62,273 nt of DNA, taken from assembly GCA_040510575.1 (NCBI GenBank), contig JBEVIU010000102.1:1-62273 (forward strand), written 5' to 3'. Both the position numbers and the translations under genes were made by a program. This document shows, in pieces, positions 33,593-41,730 of this stretch. A model generated the notes under the pieces. That model had not been told where the DNA came from. It saw only the letters and a program-made list of their open reading frames with translations, and made no database searches. The stretch comes from Acidimicrobiia bacterium. GTDB taxonomy: Bacteria > Actinomycetota > Acidimicrobiia > IMCC26256 > DASPTH01. Each line of letters starts with the position of its first letter. The stretch's first letter is position 1.

Positions 33593-34198
33593 TCAGCGCG
33601 CGCACGTGGCGAGGAAGACCGGATACTCGATCCCGTCGCGGACGATGCTCCCGTTGTCCTGGAACGCGATGTCGCTGAATCCCGCGCGCGCGAGGTCGTC
33701 TCGCAACGTCGTGCGATTGAAGCCGTGGTGACCGTCGAAGCCGTCGGGGTGGAACGTGCCGTCCTCCTCCTCGAGGTCGACGATGCACAGGTGACCACCC
33801 TCGACGAGGAGGGCGGCAAAGCGCTCGAGCACCGGTTCGACGTGCGGAATGTGGTGCAGCGTCATGGCCGTCACGACGAGATCGAACTGCTCGTCGGGCA
33901 CCGGATCGACCGTGAGGTCGAGGTTCCAGACCCGCGCGTCGGCGATCACGCCGGCCGCGATCTTCCGCTCCATCACGTCGCGCATCCCAGCCGAGGTGTC
34001 GGCCATGGTGACCGGACCGACCGAGTCGCGCAGCGCCTGTGTGACGAGACCGGTGCCGGCGCCGTACTCCAACAGGCGCGTCGACGCGTCGAGGCGAACT
34101 GCGGCGCGTATCGCACGCGCCGCCGTGGCGGCGCGTTCGACCTTGGCCGGATCGTCGTCCCACGTGGCCGCGCGCTCGTCGAAGTGGTTCGTCGTCAT
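33593..34198 (-). CDS. class I SAM-dependent methyltransferase
   Basis: 201 aa from the ATG at 34198, with SAM motif LLEYGAGTG and ..FDLVVTAMTLHH... Confidence 0.85.
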   Translation of the reverse strand: MTTNHFDERAATWDDDPAKVERAATAARAIRAAVRLDASTRLLEYGAGTGLVTQALRDSVGPVTMADTSAGMRDVMERKIAAGVIADARVWNLDLTVDPVPDEQFDLVVTAMTLHHIPHVEPVLERFAALLVEGGHLCIVDLEEEDGTFHPDGFDGHHGFNRTTLRDDLARAGFSDIAFQDNGSIVRDGIEYPVFLATCAR

Positions 34199-34283
34199 CG
34201 CGCAAGTGTCGCGCGCAGCGCAACGCGTGCACTGGTGTCGTGCAATACTGCGCGCTCGGTACTCACCACGAGAGGGGGCTCCG

Positions 34284-34352
34284 ATGGCGAAGAAGAAGGG
34301 CAAGAAGAAGGACAAGAAGAAGGGCAAGAAGAAGGGCAAGAAGAAGAAGTAG
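34284..34352 (+). CDS. 22-codon poly-lysine micro-ORF (MAKKKGKKKDKKKGKKKGKKKK)
   Basis: An ATG preceded by GAGAGGGGG at 5-nt spacing, 16 AAG codons of 22, and a TAG stop. It lies 58 nt upstream of the DUF442 phosphatase gene. The call rests only on the SD, the ATG and the uninterrupted frame. Confidence 0.4.
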   Translation: MAKKKGKKKDKKKGKKKGKKKK

Positions 34353-34410
34353 CGGCGCGACGGTCCCGTGCGCGCAGCTCTCGGATCAGTCGCGCGGGAC
34401 CGTCAGTCGC

Positions 34411-34860
34411 ATGAGCATCGAAGACAGCTACAACTTCCGGCGAATCCACGACGGGCTCACGACCTCTGGATCGCTGAGCGTCGCGCAGCTGGGCGGCCTG
34501 CGCGCCGAGGGCTATGACGCCGTGATCAATCTCCTCCCCGACAGCAACGCTCGCGCCGTCGCCGACGAGGCGAGCATCGTGCAGGACCAGGGCGTCGTCT
34601 ACGTGTACATCCCCGTCGACTTCGCAGCCCCCACGCATGCCGACCTCGAGGCGTTCGCCGGCGCGATGGATGCGCTCGCCGGCCAGAAGGTTCACGTGCA
34701 CTGCGCGGCCAACTACCGAGTCAGCGCGTTCTACGCCCTCTATGCCCTGCGGAACGGCTCGTACACCGAAGACGAGGCGGACGAGCTCATGCACAGCGTG
34801 TGGAATCCAGACGACGACGCGGCGTGGACCGACTTCATCGCGAACGAGCGCACCCGATAG
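34411..34860 (+). CDS. DUF442-type (CX4R) protein phosphatase-like protein
   Basis: 149 aa from the ATG at 34411. The segments ..TSGSLSVAQLGGLRAEGYDAVINLLPD.. and the HCAANYRVS active-site-like loop fit DUF442. Confidence 0.75.
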   Translation: MSIEDSYNFRRIHDGLTTSGSLSVAQLGGLRAEGYDAVINLLPDSNARAVADEASIVQDQGVVYVYIPVDFAAPTHADLEAFAGAMDALAGQKVHVHCAANYRVSAFYALYALRNGSYTEDEADELMHSVWNPDDDAAWTDFIANERTR

Positions 34861-34874
34861 GGAGTGCGGTCCCG

Positions 34875-35417
34875 TCAGTCGTCGAGCACGGGGTGACCTT
34901 CCGGCGGGCGGACGGTCGACGCTTCGGGGCCGAACTTCTCGACGTAGAGGGGGTTGACGGCGGCCCACGTGCCGTTGCACGAGTCGAGGTCGTCGCCCGC
35001 GAGATCGACGCCGAGACGGTCGAGGCATTCGTGCCATCCGGCACCGTCGCGCGCGGCCTTGCCGAGCTCGCTGAACGTGTCGAGGAGAGTGAGCACGGTG
35101 TGCGCGCCGTCGGGCTCGAGCTCGATGCGGATCACGTCTTCACCCCACATGAACTCGACCAGCTTCGGTGGTTCGAAGCGCAGCATCTCACCGTCGAACG
35201 CTTCTGACGGGTCGTCGTGCGACTCGAAGCGCAGGGGCGCGCCGGCCACCCGCTCGCCCACGATGCGATGCGGGAACCACGCCGCGAGGTGCTCCGGCTC
35301 GGTGATCGCACGCCACACCTTCTCGGGAGGGTGGGGGAGTGCGCGGGAGAAGCGCAGCTGCCAGCGGTCACCGATTGCCGCGAGCTCGCCGTCGGCGCGT
35401 GCGGTGTCGTTCGTCAT
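34875..35417 (-). CDS. SRPBCC family protein (Aha1/AHSA1-like domain)
   Basis: 180 aa. The segments ..LRFSRALPHPPEKVWRAITEPEHLAAWFP.. and ..GWHECLDRL.. are typical. Its ATG overlaps the ArsR stop (ATGA). Confidence 0.85.
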   Translation of the reverse strand: MTNDTARADGELAAIGDRWQLRFSRALPHPPEKVWRAITEPEHLAAWFPHRIVGERVAGAPLRFESHDDPSEAFDGEMLRFEPPKLVEFMWGEDVIRIELEPDGAHTVLTLLDTFSELGKAARDGAGWHECLDRLGVDLAGDDLDSCNGTWAAVNPLYVEKFGPEASTVRPPEGHPVLDD

Positions 35418-35743
35418 GATGGATCCTCCATGGTGTCGAGGTGGCGTTCGAGATCGTCGAGACGGGCCGACCACTGCGCGCGGAACGGCGCGAGCCAGTC
35501 GTCGATGGCGCGGAGTGGCTCGGGCCGCACGCGGTAGAGGCGACGCTGGGCATCCGCACGCACCTCCACCAGGCCGGCCTCGCGCAGCACGCGCAGGTGC
35601 TTGGAGACGGCGGGCTGGCTCACGCCCAAGACGTGGACGAGGTCGCCCACCGGGCGTTCCTGCTCCACGAGCAGATCGAGGATGCGCCGCCGGTTCGGCT
35701 CAGCGATGACGTCGAACGCGGCGTCGAGCGTGGTCGAGCTCAT
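35414..35743 (-). CDS. ArsR/SmtB family transcriptional regulator
   Basis: 109 aa. The translation reads ..AEPNRRRILDLLVEQERPVGDLVHVLGVSQPAVSKHLRVLREAGLVEVRADAQRRLYRV... Confidence 0.9.
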   Translation of the reverse strand: MSSTTLDAAFDVIAEPNRRRILDLLVEQERPVGDLVHVLGVSQPAVSKHLRVLREAGLVEVRADAQRRLYRVRPEPLRAIDDWLAPFRAQWSARLDDLERHLDTMEDPS

Positions 35744-35749
35744 GGCCGT

Positions 35750-35779
35750 ACATTACTAGCTGCGTATATAGCTAGTCAA
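35750..35779 (-). promoter_or_regulatory. arsR promoter with embedded operator: TTGACT-N18-TAATGT, inverted repeat ACTAGCT-N8-AGCTAGT
   Basis: The minus strand reads TTGACTAGCTATATACGCAGCTAGTAATGT ACGGCC ATG. The -10 ends 6 nt before the ATG at 35743, which is leaderless geometry. It is the most AT-rich intergenic patch in the window. Confidence 0.5.
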
Positions 35780-35783
35780 GCAC

Positions 35784-36938
35784 TTATTTTCCGAGGCGCT
35801 CGATGATCGTCACGTTGGCCTGCCCGCCGCCTTCGCACATGGTCTGCAGTCCGTAGCGGCCACCGGTGCGCTCGAGCTCGTGGAGCAGCGTCGTCATGAG
35901 GCGCGCGCCGGTCGCGCCGAGGGGATGGCCGAGCGCGATCGCGCCGCCGTTCACGTTGACCTTCGCCGGGTCGAAGCCCGTCTCCTTGAACCACGCGAGC
36001 ACGACCGACGCGAACGCCTCGTTGATCTCGACCAGGTCGATGTCGTCCTTCGTCATGCCGGTCTTCGCAAAGGCGCGTGCCGTGGCGGGAATCGGCGCCG
36101 TGAGCATGAACACCGGGTCGTCGCCGAGCACCGACATGTGGTGGATGCGCGCGCGAGGCGTGAGGCCGTGGTCCTTGACTGCCTGCTCGCTCGCGATCAA
36201 CAGCGCGGCCGAGCCGTCGCTGATCTGACTGGCCAGCGCGGCCGTGAGCCGTCCGCCGGGCGCAAGTGTGGGCAGTGAACGGATCTTCTCCCAGTTCGGC
36301 TCACGCGGGCCTTCGTCGTTCGACACGCCCTCGAGCGGCGCGATCTCCAGTTCGAAGCGCCCTTCGGCGATGGCGCGGAGTGCACGCGTGTGCGACTCCA
36401 CCGCGAACTCCTCCATGTCCTCGCGCGAGATGTCCCACTTCTCGGCGATGAGCTCGGCGCCGCGGAATTGCGACACCTCCTGGTCGCCGTAGCGCTTCTG
36501 CCACCCGGGCGAGTTGATCGTCGGGCTCGGGTGCCCGAACTCGGCGCCGACCCTGCCCGACGACCCGATGGGGATCTGGCTCATGTTCTGCACGCCGCCG
36601 GCGATGACGAGATCCTGCGAGCCCGACATCACGGCCTGCGCGGCGAAGTGCACCGCCTGCTGGGCCGAACCGCATTGCCGGTCGATCGTGGTCCCCGGCA
36701 CCGACTCCGGGAGCCCCGCGACCAGCGCACACGTGCGGGCGACGTCGCCCGCCTGCGGGCCGATCTGGTCGAGGCAGCCGAAGATGACGTCGTCGATGGC
36801 GCGCGGGTCGATTCCCGTGCGGTCGACGAGCGCCGCGATCGAGTGGGCGCCGAGGTCGGCGGAGTGGACCTGCGAGAGGCCGCCACCGCGCCGCCCGACC
36901 GGGCTGCGTACCGCGTCGACGATGAATGCCTCGGCCAT
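35784..36938 (-). CDS. acetyl-CoA C-acyltransferase (thiolase)
   Basis: 384 aa from the ATG at 36938, preceded by GAGGTGG. It has the active-site Cys region TIDRQCGSAQQAV, a C-terminal NVNGGAIALGHPLGATG and ..MCEGGGQANV... Confidence 0.92.
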   Translation of the reverse strand: MAEAFIVDAVRSPVGRRGGGLSQVHSADLGAHSIAALVDRTGIDPRAIDDVIFGCLDQIGPQAGDVARTCALVAGLPESVPGTTIDRQCGSAQQAVHFAAQAVMSGSQDLVIAGGVQNMSQIPIGSSGRVGAEFGHPSPTINSPGWQKRYGDQEVSQFRGAELIAEKWDISREDMEEFAVESHTRALRAIAEGRFELEIAPLEGVSNDEGPREPNWEKIRSLPTLAPGGRLTAALASQISDGSAALLIASEQAVKDHGLTPRARIHHMSVLGDDPVFMLTAPIPATARAFAKTGMTKDDIDLVEINEAFASVVLAWFKETGFDPAKVNVNGGAIALGHPLGATGARLMTTLLHELERTGGRYGLQTMCEGGGQANVTIIERLGK

Positions 36939-36964
36939 GTCGCCACCTCGTTCTGAGTCGTTTC

Positions 36965-37004
36965 GGCGTACCCGAACCCACGTTATCGGTGGTCCGGGTA
37001 CGCC
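36965..37004. promoter_or_regulatory. 40-nt imperfect palindrome/hairpin in the thiolase-metallopeptidase divergent intergenic region
   Basis: GGCGTACCCG-(20 nt)-CGGGTACGCC has 10-bp perfect arms. The loop contains a further CCAC/GTGG pairing. Confidence 0.3.
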
Positions 37005-37080
37005 AAAACGGGGGGAGTGTCTTCGTGCAACCCCTGGAGTGGTGCGGGGGATTCCCGACGCCTCGGTACGATTCCGCTCC

Positions 37081-38445
37081 GTGAGAACCCGGGCAGCGTT
37101 CCTCGTCGTGGTCACGGTCGTCGTTGCGTCGCTCTCGGCGTCGTCCCTCCCGGCGAGCGCCACCGCGCCCCGCGCCACGCAGAGCGGGCGCGCCGCGTAC
37201 GAGCACTCGATCGACGAAGCCATCGCCTCGGTCCAGGCGTTCTGGCGACGCGAGTTCCCGGCGTTGTACGGAGAGAAGTACATCCCGCTCGGACGGGTGA
37301 TCGCAGCCGCGCCGGGCGTGGCCATCCCGAGGTGTCAAGGGTCGAAGCTCTCGTACAAGGACACCGCCGGCAACGCCTTCTACTGCTTCCAGGACAACTT
37401 CATCGTCTACGACGACGCGCGGCTGTTCCCGCAGCTCGCCAAGGGCTTCGGTCCTTTCGCGATCGCACTGGTGCTCGCCCACGAATGGGGCCACGCGATC
37501 CAGGACCGTGCGGGCAACGCGCAGCAGGTGACGATCGGCAAGGAGCTGCAGGCGGACTGCTTCGCCGGCGCGTGGACGAGCGACCAGTCGGGGCGCTCGC
37601 AGGGGCCCGACCTCGAGCCGGGCGACCTCGAGAGCTCGCTCGCGGCGCTGCTCGCGTTCCGCGACGCGCCCGGCACCTCGCCCGACGATCCGTTGGCGCA
37701 CGGCAGTGCGTTCGACCGTGTGAACGCGTTCCAAGAGGGATTCGAGGCCGGCGCTGAGCGGTGCGCCGCGTACTTCGACGAGCCGCCGGTGGTCGTCGAG
37801 CTGCCGTTCACGTCCGTCCAGGAAGAAGGCAGCGGCGGGGAAGTCGCGGCTGCCGACGTGATCCCGCTCACCGTGGACCTCCTGAACGACTTCTACGGAC
37901 AGGTCGAAGCGGCCTACACGCCGTTGACCATCGACTCGGTCGGCAAATTCGACAGCTCCGACCGCTCGTCGATTCCCGACTGCGGCGGGTCGAAGCTCGC
38001 CGTGAAGCAGGTGCGCAACCGCGTCTTCTACTGCATCGACGACGACTACCTCGCGTTCGATGAGCCGTTCCTCCAACAGATCTACGACGACATCGGCGAC
38101 TTCGGTGTGGCATCGCTCATCGCCAACCCGTTCGCGACGCGCGTCCAGGTGATGCAAGGCGAATCCGGCGTGGCCGACAACGACCTCGCGATCGTGTTGC
38201 AGGCCGACTGCTACAGCGGCGGCTTCACCGCCGCGTTCTTCAACGGCTATCTCCAGGGCGGGTCGCTCTCGCCGGGCGACCTCGACGAGTTGATCGAGGC
38301 GTTCCTCGTGTACAGCCGCGCCCGTGGAGTGCGTGCCGACGTTCCCATCACGTTCCTCAGGATGGGCTACTTCCGGCGGGGCTTCTTCAGCGGTTACTCC
38401 TCCTGCGATCTGGCGACAATCCAAGACGAGGTCGCCGACCTCTGA
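37081..38445 (+). CDS. secreted neutral zinc metallopeptidase (YpfJ/Zn_peptidase-like), internally duplicated
   Basis: 454 aa from GTG at 37081 with a signal peptide ..LVVVTVVVASLSASSLPASA. HEWGH is in the N-terminal half. The C-terminal half is a paralogous copy without HExxH. Confidence 0.85.
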   Translation: MRTRAAFLVVVTVVVASLSASSLPASATAPRATQSGRAAYEHSIDEAIASVQAFWRREFPALYGEKYIPLGRVIAAAPGVAIPRCQGSKLSYKDTAGNAFYCFQDNFIVYDDARLFPQLAKGFGPFAIALVLAHEWGHAIQDRAGNAQQVTIGKELQADCFAGAWTSDQSGRSQGPDLEPGDLESSLAALLAFRDAPGTSPDDPLAHGSAFDRVNAFQEGFEAGAERCAAYFDEPPVVVELPFTSVQEEGSGGEVAAADVIPLTVDLLNDFYGQVEAAYTPLTIDSVGKFDSSDRSSIPDCGGSKLAVKQVRNRVFYCIDDDYLAFDEPFLQQIYDDIGDFGVASLIANPFATRVQVMQGESGVADNDLAIVLQADCYSGGFTAAFFNGYLQGGSLSPGDLDELIEAFLVYSRARGVRADVPITFLRMGYFRRGFFSGYSSCDLATIQDEVADL

Positions 38446-38530
38446 GGCCCGGGCATGCAACGCCCGAGGGAGACACGCACACTCGCGACTGGGAAGACGA
38501 CCTGCGGGACGATCCGCGTCAGGTGGCTCG

Positions 38531-38638
38531 GAACGTGCGGTCCGCCAGGTGCTCGTGCATGCGGCCGCGAGCGGCGACACGTGGGTATCGCTCCTCGAGG
38601 TGCCGCGCCGCGACTGGAACAACGGCATCCGGCTGTAG
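38531..38638 (+). pseudogene. possible 3' relic of a Tautomerase_2-family gene
   Basis: GC3 becomes high only from about 38531. The translation ..AVRQVLVHAAASGDTWVSLLEVPRRDWNNGIRL* resembles the family's C-terminal ..EDV.I.LVEV..EDWSFGNG. There is no start codon and no room for the missing ~100 aa. Confidence 0.3.
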
Positions 38639-38646
38639 CGGACGAC

Positions 38647-38694
38647 GAACCGGCGTCAACGGACGGGCAGGTTCCCCGCCGTCGACGCCGGTTC
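38647..38694. terminator. hairpin between convergent genes (15 nt past the HU stop)
   Basis: GAACCGGCGTC-(26 nt)-GACGCCGGTTC has 11-bp perfect arms. There is no clear U-tract. Confidence 0.45.
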
Positions 38695-38708
38695 GCTCCG
38701 CTCGCCGT

Positions 38709-39164
38709 CTAGCGGCGTGTCGTCTTCTTCGCCGTCTTCTTGGCGACGGTCTTCGTGGCGGTGGTCTTCTTCGCGACCGCCTTCTTGGCCGGAGCCTTCT
38801 TCGCCGGGGCACGCCTGGCGACAGCCTTCTTCGCCGGAGCAGCCTTCTTGGCGGTGGTCTTCTTCGCGGCAGCCTTCTTGGCCGGCTTGCCCGTGAGCAC
38901 GGCGTCCTTGAACGCCTTCAGCGGGGTGACGCGCACGCGGCGCGAGGCCTTGATGCGGATCGCCTCGCCGGTCTGGGGGTTGCGACCCATGCGCGCGGCG
39001 CGCTCGACGCGGGCGAACTTGGCGAAGCCGGTGATGGCGACCGGCTCACCCGACGCGACGGTCTCGGTGACCGTGTCGATGAAAGCCTGCAGCGCAGCGT
39101 CGGCGCTGCGCTTGTCGGTCTCGGTGCGCTCGGCCAGTGCGGCGACGAGCTCTCTGCGGTTCAT
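38709..39164 (-). CDS. hupB: HU family DNA-binding protein with Lys/Ala-rich histone-like C-terminal tail
   Basis: 151 aa. The HU core is MNRRELVAALAERT..GFAKFARVERAARMGRNPQTGEAIRIKASRRVRVTPLKAFKDAV. The tail carries AKKAA/PAKKA repeats. Confidence 0.92.
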   Translation of the reverse strand: MNRRELVAALAERTETDKRSADAALQAFIDTVTETVASGEPVAITGFAKFARVERAARMGRNPQTGEAIRIKASRRVRVTPLKAFKDAVLTGKPAKKAAAKKTTAKKAAPAKKAVARRAPAKKAPAKKAVAKKTTATKTVAKKTAKKTTRR

Positions 39165-39378
39165 GTGTGCTCCTGGAGTGGGGAAACCTCGCGAAAGGGA
39201 AAACGAGGCGCGTCAGCATGCCACCTCGACCGGGGCCCGCCGCGCATCGGCACCCTGATTCCACGCGCTTTTCCGAGGGTCCGTGCCGTCCTGACCGAAT
39301 CGTGACAGCATTGGCGCGTCGCTCCGCATCGCGCGTGGGCCGCGATCGGCGACGTCCTCGACATCGGGAGGAACACAC

Positions 39379-40137
39379 ATGAGCAGGACCGGCCGCATCT
39401 TCGTCGCGGAGCTCATCGGCACGATGATTCTCGTGCTCGGCGGGCCCGGCACCGTCATCTTCGGGCAATTCCTCGGCTTCGACATCGGCGTGCTGGGCGT
39501 GTCCCTCGCGTTCGGCCTCAGCCTCCTGTGCGCCGCATACCTGTTCGGGCACATCTCGGGATGTCACATCAACCCCGCGGTCACGGTCGGGATGTGGGCG
39601 CTGAGGCGCACTGACGGCCGTGAGGTTCCCATCTACATCGGCGGTCAGATCGTGGGCGCCGCCATCGGCGGTTTCATCCTCTGGGCGATCCTCGCCAGCG
39701 GTGACAACGCCGGTCAGGTGAAGCTGGTCCGTCAAGCGCTCTTCGGCGGCGCGTCGAACGGTTTCGCCGACCACTCGCCGAGCAAGTTCGGCTTCTGGGC
39801 GGTCGTCATCACCGAGGTCGTGCTCACGGCCTTGTTCGTCCTCGTCATCGCGGGCACGACGCGGGCGTCGGCCATCGCCGGTTTCGCCGGCATCCCGATC
39901 GGCCTGATGCTGGCCCTCGTGCACATGATCAGCATCCCGATCGACAACACCTCGGTGAACCCCGCCCGCAGCTTCTCGACCGCGCTGTTCTCGTGGAAGC
40001 TCGACGACTGGTGGGCGCTCAAGCAGCTGTGGGTCTTCATCGTGTTCCCGATCATCGGTGCGCTCGTCGGCGCAGGGATCTGGAAGATGATCACCACCGC
40101 CGACGAGGAGCGCGCCGCAGTTGTCGGCGCGGAGTAG
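39379..40137 (+). CDS. aqpZ: aquaporin Z (MIP family channel)
   Basis: 252 aa with two NPA boxes (HINPAV, VNPARS) and six TM helices. Confidence 0.9.
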   Translation: MSRTGRIFVAELIGTMILVLGGPGTVIFGQFLGFDIGVLGVSLAFGLSLLCAAYLFGHISGCHINPAVTVGMWALRRTDGREVPIYIGGQIVGAAIGGFILWAILASGDNAGQVKLVRQALFGGASNGFADHSPSKFGFWAVVITEVVLTALFVLVIAGTTRASAIAGFAGIPIGLMLALVHMISIPIDNTSVNPARSFSTALFSWKLDDWWALKQLWVFIVFPIIGALVGAGIWKMITTADEERAAVVGAE

Positions 40138-40178
40138 CCGCCGAGAGTCGCTGCCTTCGGGGTAGCGTCACGCGCTCC

Positions 40179-40997
40179 ATGGCCAAGGACGAGATCGTCG
40201 ACGAACTGATCGTGCGCCCCGGCGACCCCGCGCGCTTGGCGAAGCGCAACGCCGCGAATCGGCTGGGGCTCGCGACCAAGGAAGAAGGCAAGGGCAACGT
40301 CGAGGGTCTGCTGGTGCAGCTCGACGAGCTCCACAACCGACTCTGGGCCGAAGCGCGGCGCAGCGTCGTGCTCGTGCTGCAAGGAATGGACGCGGCGGGC
40401 AAGGACGGCACGATCCGACGGGTGCTCACGGGACTGAACCCCCAGGGGTGCGACGTCGTGAACTTCAAGGAGCCGACGACCCGCGACCTCGCGCACGACT
40501 ACCTCTGGCGAGTCCACGAGGCGTGCCCACCGCGCGGGATCCTCGGCGTGATGAACCGCTCGCACTACGAAGACGTGGTCGTCGCTCGCCTGCTCGGCAT
40601 CGTCGACGACGAGCAGTGCGAACGCCGCTTCCGCCACATCCGCGAGTTCGAGCGCATGCTCACCGACGAGGGCACGTCGGTGGTGAAGGTGTTCCTCCAC
40701 ATCTCGAAGGACGAGCAGCGGGCCCGGCTGCAGGCCCGCATCGACGATCCCGAGAAGAACTGGAAGTTCCGCAGCTCCGACCTCGAGTCTCGAAGCCACT
40801 GGGACGACTACCAACGTCGCTACGACGAGGCGATCAGCGCGACCTCGACGGATTGGGCCCCCTGGTACGTGGTGCCGGGCGACCACAAATGGGTCCGCGA
40901 CGTGGCGGTGGCGACCCTGCTCGTCGACGTGTTCTCGGCGCTCGATCCGAAGATTCCCGACCCGGAGAGTGGCCTCGAAGGCCTGGTGGTGGACTAG
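40179..40997 (+). CDS. polyphosphate kinase 2 (PPK2) family protein
   Basis: 272 aa from the ATG at 40179. It has Walker A-like GMDAAGKDGT and ..DYLWRVH.., ..GVMNRSHYEDV.., ..WKFRSSDLESR.., ..PWYVVPGDHKW... Confidence 0.88.
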   Translation: MAKDEIVDELIVRPGDPARLAKRNAANRLGLATKEEGKGNVEGLLVQLDELHNRLWAEARRSVVLVLQGMDAAGKDGTIRRVLTGLNPQGCDVVNFKEPTTRDLAHDYLWRVHEACPPRGILGVMNRSHYEDVVVARLLGIVDDEQCERRFRHIREFERMLTDEGTSVVKVFLHISKDEQRARLQARIDDPEKNWKFRSSDLESRSHWDDYQRRYDEAISATSTDWAPWYVVPGDHKWVRDVAVATLLVDVFSALDPKIPDPESGLEGLVVD

Positions 40998-41061
40998 ACG
41001 CGCGAGAAACTCGGCTGTCGAGTGGTCTCGGCGGCGTCTGATCGGGCAGAATGGTCACTCG

Positions 41062-41730
41062 ATGGACGTCGAGTCGCGTGATTCCGTCTCTCTCAAACCG
41101 GCCGAGCTCGATGAGCTCGGTCAACTGGTTTCTGCCTTGGGGTTGCCGCTGCACGACGAGCAGCTCGACCGCCACGTGGAGCAGTTCCCGCTGATCGCAG
41201 TCGCGTCCGACGACGGCGACGTGCTCGGCTTCCTCTTCGGGTCGCTCGAGCGCATCGGTGGCACCCCGTGCATCCTCTGGGGCCTCGGCGCCGTCCGCCG
41301 TGGCCGTCAGGCCCGCCCCAGCCTCGACGCACTCGTGGCCGAGCTGTACCGCCGGGCCGCCATCTCGTTCCCCGACGAGGACGTCCTCGTCGCGGGCCGC
41401 ATCGCCCACCCGGCCGCCTACTCGCTGTTCGGGGTGCTCGACGACGTGTGTCCGCGTCCCAAGTACGCACCCAACGGTGAAGAGCGGGCCTGGGGTCGTC
41501 GACTCGCCCGCCGCTTCGGGTGTGATGCTCGCTACGACGACCGCACCTTCCGCCTGACTGCCCACGGCGTTCCCGAGCTCGTGCTCGACGCCCGCACGGT
41601 CAAGGCCGGCGGCAAGGTCGCGGTGGAGCTCATCGGCGAGGTCGAGCCGGTCCAGGGCGAAGCGGTGATCGCGTACGGCTGGGCGATGGCCGAGGCGCTC
41701 GCCGACGGCCTTTCCACGCCCCGCAGCTAG
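41062..41730 (+). CDS. hypothetical protein
   Basis: 222 aa from the ATG at 41062 with high GC3. No family motif was recognised. Confidence 0.55.
   Translation: MDVESRDSVSLKPAELDELGQLVSALGLPLHDEQLDRHVEQFPLIAVASDDGDVLGFLFGSLERIGGTPCILWGLGAVRRGRQARPSLDALVAELYRRAAISFPDEDVLVAGRIAHPAAYSLFGVLDDVCPRPKYAPNGEERAWGRRLARRFGCDARYDDRTFRLTAHGVPELVLDARTVKAGGKVAVELIGEVEPVQGEAVIAYGWAMAEALADGLSTPRS

Noticed and set aside
34199-34339. Minus-strand translation MPFFLPFFLSFFLPFFF.. at the N-terminus of ORF 33593-34339
   Set aside because: It is simply the reverse complement of the AAG-rich tract. The methyltransferase has a well-placed ATG at 34198 and needs no Phe/Leu-rich leader.
34284-34352. Identifying the poly-K micro-ORF as ribosomal protein bL37
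   Set aside because: As I remember them, bL37 sequences end in an ..ANHGKRPN. motif and are Arg-rich. Neither is true here, so only a loose analogy is claimed.
38715-38900. Repetitive GCC-TTC-TTG/GGC tract
   Set aside because: It is the reverse complement of the AKKAA/PAKKA repeats of the HU C-terminal tail. This is normal for actinobacterial HupB-type proteins.
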